In this document: piece by piece, positions 56,799 to 64,000 of the stretch
Position numbering within the stretch: the stretch's first letter is position 1
Layout: every line of letters begins with the position of its first letter
Assembly: GCA_963677925.2 (NCBI GenBank)
Contig: CAXXYH010000001.1
Location: forward strand, 96,001 to 160,000
DNA: 64,000 nt
Source: Spirochaetia bacterium
Lineage (GTDB): Bacteria; Spirochaetota; Spirochaetia; UBA9216
Direction: 5' to 3'
Translations under genes and position numbers: made by a program
The notes under the pieces: model-generated
The model's input: only the letters and a program-made list of their open reading frames with translations
What the model was told of the DNA's origin: nothing
The model's database searches: none

Positions 56799-57742
56799 AA
56801 TTAGAGATTGATAATATATATTTTGAATATCCTGGATTTTCACTGTCGGCAGACATCAACATACCAGGCGGTGCTTTTCTTTCTATTTTAGGTCCATCCG
56901 GATGCGGGAAATCTACTCTGCTTCGGATGATCGGCGGATTTATTAAACCAGTCAAAGGGAGTATTACCTCCGGCGGCATTGATATTACCCGTCTAAACCC
57001 TGAAAAAAGGAATTTCGGAATGGTTTTTCAGGATTATGCTCTTTTTCCTCATATGAATGTGGAAAAAAATATTGCCTATGGATTGAAGATTCAAAAAAAG
57101 ACTGCTGCAGAAATAAATTACAGGATAGATGAACTTCTTGAAGTTGTAAGATTGACCGGATACAGGCACCGCAGTATTCACGAATTATCCGGTGGCGAAA
57201 AGCAGAGGATTGCGCTGGCAAGAGCGCTTGCTCCAAATCCGCCGGTAATGCTGTTTGATGAACCGCTTAGTGCTCTTGATGTAAAACTCAGGAAAGAATT
57301 ACGGACAGAGATTAAACGTATTCAGAATGAAATTGGTTTTACTGCTGTTTATGTTACTCACGATCAAGAGGAGGCTCTTGCTGTGTCTGATTTAATTGCT
57401 GTTATGAACAGGGGCAGAATACTTCAGACAGGAACTCCGGAAGAAGTATATGAGAACCCTGAAGACAAGTTTACTGCAGGATTTCTTGGAGAGATGAATA
57501 CTGTCAATCTGGATATCCACGGTGACACCCGTATAATTACTTTCCGTCCGGAAAATTGTGTCATTTTAGAGAACGCTGAATCTGAACCGGTTCTAAAGAT
57601 CAGAATAGGAAATATTGAATACACAGGCGGTCGCTATAAGTGTATCGGTTACACAGAATCAAAAGAAGCTGTTATTTTTTACAGTCGGAAAAAATACAGT
57701 CTGAATGAGTCAGTTCATCTCGGTATTGAAAAATATAATTAG
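56795..57742 (+). CDS. thiQ: Thiamine ABC transporter ATP-binding protein
   Basis: GPSGCGKS, LSGGEKQR, FDEP, VTHDQEEA; in operon with thiBP. Confidence 0.82.
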   Translation: MKLEIDNIYFEYPGFSLSADINIPGGAFLSILGPSGCGKSTLLRMIGGFIKPVKGSITSGGIDITRLNPEKRNFGMVFQDYALFPHMNVEKNIAYGLKIQKKTAAEINYRIDELLEVVRLTGYRHRSIHELSGGEKQRIALARALAPNPPVMLFDEPLSALDVKLRKELRTEIKRIQNEIGFTAVYVTHDQEEALAVSDLIAVMNRGRILQTGTPEEVYENPEDKFTAGFLGEMNTVNLDIHGDTRIITFRPENCVILENAESEPVLKIRIGNIEYTGGRYKCIGYTESKEAVIFYSRKKYSLNESVHLGIEKYN

Positions 57743-57751
57743 AAACAGTAT

Positions 57752-58153
57752 CTACTGTTCCCGCACGCTGCGGGCGGCTTTTTCAGCATCATCCTTGGTA
57801 TCATATACTGAAAGGTAGGAACCAAATACCCAGCCCTGAAGACCGTCATAGGTTATCTGGTACCAGTAATCTTCCTGATTTTCAATAAAGACCCTTGTCG
57901 GGCCTCTTGATATGATTTCAAGAACATATCCGCGCCAAAGAGTTGTAACGACTCTTGCATTTTCTTCAGGTCTTTCACGCAGCCTGAGATAGGAAGAATC
58001 AATAACTGCCCAGCTGCTAGATTCAGAAATAAGCGGGGCCGGCGGAAGGTAAATATCTCCAATCACTTCCTCTTTTTCTTTGCATCCGGTTAATGAAAAA
58101 GGTACAATAAAAACAGTGATCATCATAATGTAAAAAAATCGAAGTTTTTTCAT
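57752..58153 (-). CDS. SH3b-domain lipoprotein
   Basis: Lipobox LTG|C; LRLRERP..WYQI..GWVFGSYL. Confidence 0.85.
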   Translation of the reverse strand: MKKLRFFYIMMITVFIVPFSLTGCKEKEEVIGDIYLPPAPLISESSSWAVIDSSYLRLRERPEENARVVTTLWRGYVLEIISRGPTRVFIENQEDYWYQITYDGLQGWVFGSYLSVYDTKDDAEKAARSVREQ

Positions 58154-58194
58154 AAAGCCTTTGAAAATCCGCCTATTAGAAGTAAATTAAAGTA

Positions 58195-58731
58195 ATGAAG
58201 AAACTCATCATAACATTTTTTCTTCTTTTATGCATCGGTTTCAAAGTCTTTTCTATTGACGATTTTTTCACCGGGTCCCTTTCCGCAGCGGGCGGTGTTC
58301 ATATAAGTTCTGTATCTGATTTTTACCCGAAACCTCAGCTTGAGGGAGAAATTTCCGCTGCAGGTCTGATTATGTTCAGCCCGCAGTTTGGCGCAGGGTT
58401 TTCGGTTTCAGGTTTATACACAGGAAGTTCTGGAATGGGCGGCGGATGGAGTTATCCGGGATTCAGCGGACTTGAAGGCGGACTTGAGTTTCTGTACAAT
58501 TTTGAAACTCCTGTATCACTCTCTTTAGCACTGGATCTTTCGGCCGGATTTTATAAATACAATCTGACACCTAATTACTTTTTTATGCCGTCAGTTAAGC
58601 TGATACCCGGATGGACTGTTTATCAGTCAGAATCCATTAAACTGGATGCCATTCTTCCGCTTAAATATTATATCAGGACCGATGGAATCTTGTTTTTATC
58701 AGTTAATGCAGGCCTGAGGATTAGAATATGA
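58195..58731 (+). CDS. Exported hypothetical protein, small beta-barrel-like
   Basis: Signal peptide; about 8 amphipathic strands; ends SVNAGLRIRI. Confidence 0.55.
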   Translation: MKKLIITFFLLLCIGFKVFSIDDFFTGSLSAAGGVHISSVSDFYPKPQLEGEISAAGLIMFSPQFGAGFSVSGLYTGSSGMGGGWSYPGFSGLEGGLEFLYNFETPVSLSLALDLSAGFYKYNLTPNYFFMPSVKLIPGWTVYQSESIKLDAILPLKYYIRTDGILFLSVNAGLRIRI

Positions 58732-59606
58732 AAAGAAAAATATCTGCAGAACGAATTTTTATTCTGATAACAACCGCAATCCTCAGTTTCACACTTTCCT
58801 GTTCGGAACCTGACCCGGCAGAAACATATGCACTGGTATATGGACTGGCTGATTATCTTTATATTTCAGACTTAAATCTTACAGATGATGATGCAGAGGC
58901 TGTTGCGGATCTGCTTGAGGCAAAAGGCTGGGATGTAACTTTACGTCTTTCATCTGAAGCTACTCTCGCTCAGATAGAAGCTGATATTTCTGAGCTTTCT
59001 GCTGTCATGGATGATAATGACAGACTTCTGTTCTATTACTCAGGACACGGAGTATCCTATAATGATAATTACTGGATTTTCCCGTATGACGGAAATACTG
59101 CAGATTTATATAGTACCTCTATAAATACCAGTATTCTTAAAGCTATGATTGAATCGTCCGGGGCCGGATTGATGACCGTGATTCTGGACAGCTGCAATTC
59201 AGGCGGATTTGTAGACAGCAATATCACTGTGGATACAGTTGCTGATAATTATTTTAAATCCTACAGCAGCGGAATTTCTGCTGTAAATGAGAGTTTTTCC
59301 CTGTATCTTTCAGTTTCAGATGCTGATCAGAAATATACAGTGCTTTCTGCAGCCGGTGCCGGAGAGGAATCTTATGAAACCAGTACAATCGGTCATGGTG
59401 TCTTTACTTATTTTCTGCTGCAGACACCTTCATATGCAGATTATAACAGGGATGGATACATAACCCTGACAGAAGCCTTCTATTACACAGCTTATTATAT
59501 TGATACTTACTGGAATGATGATGAATATGAAGGTGAAAATGATTTAGATTACTACCCCCATGTCTCAGCTTTTCCTGTAGATCCCTTGCTTTTTGAAGCT
59601 GATTAG
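58728..59606 (+). CDS. Caspase-family (C14) peptidase lipoprotein
   Basis: Lipobox TLS|C; YYSGHG and ILDSCNSG dyad; HGVFTYFLL; DYNRDGYIT EF-hand-like loop. Confidence 0.88.
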   Translation: MKRKISAERIFILITTAILSFTLSCSEPDPAETYALVYGLADYLYISDLNLTDDDAEAVADLLEAKGWDVTLRLSSEATLAQIEADISELSAVMDDNDRLLFYYSGHGVSYNDNYWIFPYDGNTADLYSTSINTSILKAMIESSGAGLMTVILDSCNSGGFVDSNITVDTVADNYFKSYSSGISAVNESFSLYLSVSDADQKYTVLSAAGAGEESYETSTIGHGVFTYFLLQTPSYADYNRDGYITLTEAFYYTAYYIDTYWNDDEYEGENDLDYYPHVSAFPVDPLLFEAD

Positions 59607-60165
59607 TTCATATTTAAGCAGGAGAAAACTGAACAGAATGATGAAATTGTTTAGAGGGGTTACCCGGACTGATTCATTTCTTTTTAACAGGATTTATGGG
59701 TTATCCGGTCATAAATTCCTGGATCACTTCTTTTATATTGTTTCACGAATCGGAGACGGTTGGGTTTACGCCGGATTAATAATCCTATATATAATCTTTA
59801 AAACATCTGAAGCTCTGAGAATCCTTCCCGCTTTTGTCACAGCATTTGTTGTTGAAGGGAGCATTTATTTTCTGGTTAAGAAAAATGTTAAGAGAATCAG
59901 ACCCTTTGTTAAATTTGATGATGTAGATTCCCTTATAATGCCGCCTGATGAGTTCAGCTTTCCCTCCGGTCACACTGCAGCCGCTGCCGTATTCTCAACC
60001 TTTGCACTGTATATATTTCCCTGGCTTAGTCCGGCTGGAATTATTTACGTTGGTCTTATAGGTTTTTCCAGAATTTACAACGGTGTTCACTATCCAGGTG
60101 ATGTTCTGGCCGGTGCTGCGCTTGGGACAGTGATTTCAAAAATGAGTATTGCAGTTTTTTATTAA
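59593..60165 (+). CDS. PAP2-family phosphatase
   Basis: K..KRIRP, SFPSGH, SRIYNGVHYPGDV. Confidence 0.92.
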   Translation: MKLISSYLSRRKLNRMMKLFRGVTRTDSFLFNRIYGLSGHKFLDHFFYIVSRIGDGWVYAGLIILYIIFKTSEALRILPAFVTAFVVEGSIYFLVKKNVKRIRPFVKFDDVDSLIMPPDEFSFPSGHTAAAAVFSTFALYIFPWLSPAGIIYVGLIGFSRIYNGVHYPGDVLAGAALGTVISKMSIAVFY

Positions 60166-60174
60166 TTCAATTTA

Positions 60175-62163
60175 TTAATCGCCAAGCTGTTTCAGCTTTT
60201 CAATCTCATCCCTGACAAAGGCCGCTTTTTCAAACTCCAGATTTTTGGCAAGTTCAAACATCTCTTTTTCAAGGGCCTTGATGAAAGCCTTTCTTTCCTT
60301 GACTATCATTACATTGAAATTATCGCGCATGATATCAATGCTGATTTTTTCATCCTTCTGCTTTTCTTCCCGTTTTCTGGTAAGTATATCCTGAACCGCT
60401 TTCTTGATAGTTGTCGGTGTAATTCCATGTTCTTCGTTGTATGCCTGCTGAATGGCACGCCTCCGCTCGGTTTCTCCGATTGCCTCACGCATCGCGTCCG
60501 ATTCCCGGTCGGCATACATAATAACCTGACCGGCGGCGTTTCTTGCAGCCCTTCCGATTGTCTGGATAAGTGAAGTTGCAGACCTGAGAAAACCTATTTT
60601 ATCGGCATCAAGTATAGCAATCAGAGATACTTCCGGTAAATCAAGGCCTTCTCTTAGCAGGTTGATTCCAATAATTACATCGATAGTTCCAATACGTAGT
60701 TCCTTGAGAATTTCAACACGTTCAATGGTTTCAATCTCTGAATGAAGATATCTAACCTTGATCCCCAGATTTGAGAGATAGTCTGTAAGATCCTCGGACA
60801 TCTTCTTGGTAAGAGTCGTAACGAGTACCCTTTCTTTTCGTTCTATTCTGATCTTTATTTCAGAGAAAAGATCCTCAATCTGGCCCTGTGTAGGTCTTAC
60901 CTCAATCTCAGGATCGAGAAGTCCTGTGGGCCTGATCACCTGCTCGGCAATATTCTCGGATCTGTCTATTTCCTTCTTACCTGGTGTAGCTGAAACATAG
61001 ATTACTCTGTCAGTGAGTGCTTCAAATTCCGCTATATACAGCGGCCGGTTATCCAGTGCTGACGGCAGTCTGAAGCCGAAGTTAACCAGATTCATTTTTC
61101 TTGAGCGATCTCCCTCATACATACCGCCTATCTGCGGAAGCGTTACATGAGATTCATCTATAAAGGTCAGAAAATTATCCGGGAAATAGTCAATTAAAAC
61201 CGCCGGCCGTTCACCTTCCTTGCGGCCGGACAGAGGTCTAGAATAATTTTCTATACCGGAGCAGTATCCAAGTTCTTCAAGCATCTCAATATCATATTCA
61301 GTCCGGCTCTTAATGCGCTGGGCTTCTACCAGTTTATTTTCCCTCATGAGTTCGTTGTAACGCTCTTCGAGTTCAGCCCTGATATTATCAATTGCAGGTT
61401 TCATCTGGTCTTCGGGCATAACAAAGTGTTTAGCCGGATAAATCGTACAGCGGTCAAGTTCTTCAAGAACTTCTCCGGTAACTGCATGAGTCATTGTTAT
61501 TCTTGAAACAGTATCCCACTCCAGCTCAATGCGGTAAACGGCTTTCATGTAGGCTGGATATATTTCCATCACATCGCCGCGTATGCGGAAACAGCCCCGC
61601 TTAAGAACATCGTTATTTCGATCATATTGAAGTGAAATCAGTTCCCTGCTTATTTTGTCAAATCCGGTTTCATCTCCCTTGTGAACAGAGACTCTCATAC
61701 CTTTGAAAGCTTCGGGGTTTCCAAGGCCGTAAATGCAGGAAACCGTTGCTATTACTATTACATCCTTCCGCTCAATAAGTGATGATGTGGCAGATAGCCG
61801 CATTCGGTCTATTTCCTGGTTGATGTCCGAATCTTTTTCAATATACAGGTCTTTTGAAGGTACATAAGCTTCAGGCTGGTAATAATCGTAGTAGGATACA
61901 AAGTATTCGACTGCATTATCAGGGAAGAAATCAAGAAACTCACGGTACAGCTGAGCCGCAAGTGTTTTATTATGACTTAAAATAAGGGTCGGAAGCTGTA
62001 CTTCCTGAATAATACTGGCCATAGTAAATGTCTTGCCGGAACCTGTTACACCCTTGAGTGTCTGAAGTTTTTTTCCGCTGCGGATACCGTCAGCCAGGCT
62101 TTTGATTGCCTGCTCCTGGTCGCCGGCAGGACTGAAATCGGCTTTTACTTTAAATTCATTCAT
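60175..62163 (-). CDS. uvrB: Excinuclease ABC subunit B
   Basis: [42 protein letters not shown]-terminal UVR domain. Confidence 0.99.
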   Translation of the reverse strand: MNEFKVKADFSPAGDQEQAIKSLADGIRSGKKLQTLKGVTGSGKTFTMASIIQEVQLPTLILSHNKTLAAQLYREFLDFFPDNAVEYFVSYYDYYQPEAYVPSKDLYIEKDSDINQEIDRMRLSATSSLIERKDVIVIATVSCIYGLGNPEAFKGMRVSVHKGDETGFDKISRELISLQYDRNNDVLKRGCFRIRGDVMEIYPAYMKAVYRIELEWDTVSRITMTHAVTGEVLEELDRCTIYPAKHFVMPEDQMKPAIDNIRAELEERYNELMRENKLVEAQRIKSRTEYDIEMLEELGYCSGIENYSRPLSGRKEGERPAVLIDYFPDNFLTFIDESHVTLPQIGGMYEGDRSRKMNLVNFGFRLPSALDNRPLYIAEFEALTDRVIYVSATPGKKEIDRSENIAEQVIRPTGLLDPEIEVRPTQGQIEDLFSEIKIRIERKERVLVTTLTKKMSEDLTDYLSNLGIKVRYLHSEIETIERVEILKELRIGTIDVIIGINLLREGLDLPEVSLIAILDADKIGFLRSATSLIQTIGRAARNAAGQVIMYADRESDAMREAIGETERRRAIQQAYNEEHGITPTTIKKAVQDILTRKREEKQKDEKISIDIMRDNFNVMIVKERKAFIKALEKEMFELAKNLEFEKAAFVRDEIEKLKQLGD

Positions 62164-62166
62164 AAT

Positions 62167-63390
62167 TTAATCCCAGGAAAGGCCTTCTGAGCGGTCTGAA
62201 AGTTCCACCTGAATGGTTTTCTTCTGTTTCTTTCTTACAACCACAATATCAATTAATTCACCGGGCTTATTATCTTCAAGTGCAGTAAACATGTCCGCAA
62301 TGGATTCAGTCTTAAAACCGTCAATCTCAACAATAATATCACCGCCCAGATAGATAGTATCACGGCCGTAGCGGACAGGTCGTGAAGTGTCGCCTCCGTT
62401 AATACCTGCCCTGTCTGCATTACCGTTTTTCTCTACTTCTGATACAAGGAGCCCCTTGTCGACTGACAGTTCGGCATAGCGGACAATATTTCGATCAAGC
62501 TGAATTGGAACGATGCTTATCCAGCCTCGTTTAACTTCACCATAATTAATGAGTTCCGGGACAACCCGTATAGCCGAATCAACTGGAACAGCAAAACCAA
62601 TTCCGACTGAGCCACCGGTGGGACTGTAGATCATCGTATTTATGCCTATCATCCTGCCAGTAGAGTCAATTAAAGGTCCTCCCGAATTTCCGGGATTAAT
62701 AGAAGCGTCGGTCTGAATCATTCCCTGAATAACTAGTCCGTTATTGGTTTTGACAGGTCTCCCCAGACCGGAAACGATACCTGTAGTGAGTGTCCGGTCA
62801 TAGCCGTAGGGGTTGCCGATAGCCAGGACTTTCTGGCCTACCCTCAAATCATCAGATCGGCCGAAGGGTATGGTAACAAGTTCCTTGCTGTCAGGATCAA
62901 ATTTGACTATTGCAAGATCATTCTCACGGTCTCTGCCTATAACCTCACCTTCAAAATGGCTTCCGTCATAAAGGGTTATGTATACCTTGTAGGCATTTTC
63001 AACGACGTGAAAATTTGTCAGTACATATCCGCGTTTATCTATAATTGAACCGGAGCCGGTACCGCCTTCCATTGGTACCGGTTCAAGAAAAAGGTTGATT
63101 CCGAGTGTTTCCGTTGAAATATTGACAACGCCCTCATTAAGTCTTTCATAGACTTTAATATTGATAAGTTCATCATCACAGTATTTTTCATACTCTGATA
63201 CAGGAAGGATGTTATTGTCGGCAATTACATTAGTCTGAAGTTCAAAAACGGTTTCTGTTTCCGGAACTTTTTCCACAGCAACAGGCTTTTCGCTGCGGTT
63301 AAAAAAACCGAAGCCGAACAGAAGAAAAAATACAAGTAAGCAGGCAGACAGAGTTATCAGAAGAACCTGTCCGCGACTGTAAAGTTTCAT
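62167..63390 (-). CDS. htrA: HtrA/DegP-family serine protease (trypsin + PDZ)
   Basis: GSG..TNFHVV, DLA, TDASINPGNSGGPL, single PDZ; N-terminal anchor. Confidence 0.92.
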   Translation of the reverse strand: MKLYSRGQVLLITLSACLLVFFLLFGFGFFNRSEKPVAVEKVPETETVFELQTNVIADNNILPVSEYEKYCDDELINIKVYERLNEGVVNISTETLGINLFLEPVPMEGGTGSGSIIDKRGYVLTNFHVVENAYKVYITLYDGSHFEGEVIGRDRENDLAIVKFDPDSKELVTIPFGRSDDLRVGQKVLAIGNPYGYDRTLTTGIVSGLGRPVKTNNGLVIQGMIQTDASINPGNSGGPLIDSTGRMIGINTMIYSPTGGSVGIGFAVPVDSAIRVVPELINYGEVKRGWISIVPIQLDRNIVRYAELSVDKGLLVSEVEKNGNADRAGINGGDTSRPVRYGRDTIYLGGDIIVEIDGFKTESIADMFTALEDNKPGELIDIVVVRKKQKKTIQVELSDRSEGLSWD

Positions 63391-63485
63391 TAACCGCCTC
63401 CGTTTCTAAATATAACTTATAGTATCAAAAATCAACAGGCTGTAGACAGAATTTCTTTTTGAATTCAGGGTATTTTCACTTGCAT

Positions 63486-63523
63486 TATAATGTTATAACA
63501 TTCTATAATGTTATAACATTATA
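63486..63523. promoter_or_regulatory. Tandem palindromic operator-like sites TATAATGTTATAACATT x2
   Basis: 17-mer repeated at 63486 and 63504; second copy lies in a 20-bp perfect palindrome (63504-63523). Confidence 0.65.
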
Positions 63524-63550
63524 ACCTATTGTTATGTTTGGAGATCTAAT

Positions 63551-64000
63551 ATGATTAAAGCAAATTATGAATCTGATGCAGGTAAGAGAAAATTTACTTC
63601 GCATGAGGAACTGGGTACTATCCCGCACATGACCTTTGAAGAGTATTCAGAAAAACTGAAACACTGCTTCATAATGAAGAGAGAAAACGGAATTCTTGAA
63701 GCAAGACTTCATACTGACGGTGATTCAATGAGATGGGGAGCACCTGCTCACCAGGCACTTCACTACTTTTTTGACTGGGCCGGACGTGATCCCGACAATG
63801 AGGTAATCATCCTCGGCGGAACAGGGAAAGATTTCATAAAATCAATGGGACGTCCTGATCCGAATGACTCAAGTAAAGATCCTGAAGCAACTGAGTTCAG
63901 CTCAAAGGAATCTGAAGCATGGAAGATGTATGAATACCAGTACTATGATGGCATAAACGACATCGAAGGCCAGATTTTTGATGTTGAAGTACCTACTATC
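63551..64000 (+). CDS. Enoyl-CoA hydratase/isomerase (crotonase) family protein, 3'-truncated by window
   Basis: Manual translation MIKANYES..KRENGILEARLHTDG..GRDPDNEVIILGGTGKDF..FDVEVPTI; GGAG RBS; open to window end. Confidence 0.75.
   Translation, partial: MIKANYESDAGKRKFTSHEELGTIPHMTFEEYSEKLKHCFIMKRENGILEARLHTDGDSMRWGAPAHQALHYFFDWAGRDPDNEVIILGGTGKDFIKSMGRPDPNDSSKDPEATEFSSKESEAWKMYEYQYYDGINDIEGQIFDVEVPTI

Overview
Chromosomal window from a free-living spirochete (Spirochaetales-like, judged from the lepB-lepB-hemW / FGE-PEGA-smpB synteny, the yebC-ruvCAB-queA cluster and many spirochete-type lipoboxes). Housekeeping genes occupy about 1-21 kb (nadE, trkAH, queA, ruvABC, yebC, Sir2, glyA, hemW, 2x lepB, smpB, tmRNA, ldhA) and about 54-64 kb (TPP riboswitch with thiamine ABC transporter, uvrB, htrA). 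Between them is an accessory region that looks AT-richer by eye. Its core (about 21.8-47 kb) has a Sec-signal-bearing 3.4-kaa Rhs/YD protein, a putative exported immunity gene and a 1157-aa PKD/beta-helix companion. These are transcribed divergently from a prepilin peptidase, a RelE/ParE toxin-antitoxin pair and a divergent type II secretion operon. The Rhs protein carries discoidin/Ig/FN3-like arms, a ZU5-like HFS site, a DPxG cleavage motif and a Cys-His-Asp C-terminal tip. The best candidate for an undescribed system is therefore a T2SS dedicated to an Rhs polymorphic toxin. Downstream lie surface lipoproteins, including a papain-family peptidase whose motif order is circularly permuted. 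Also noted: an uncalled small zinc-ribbon ORF, recurrent leaderless-type promoters and palindromic elements. All domain calls come from motif recognition by eye; no searches were run.
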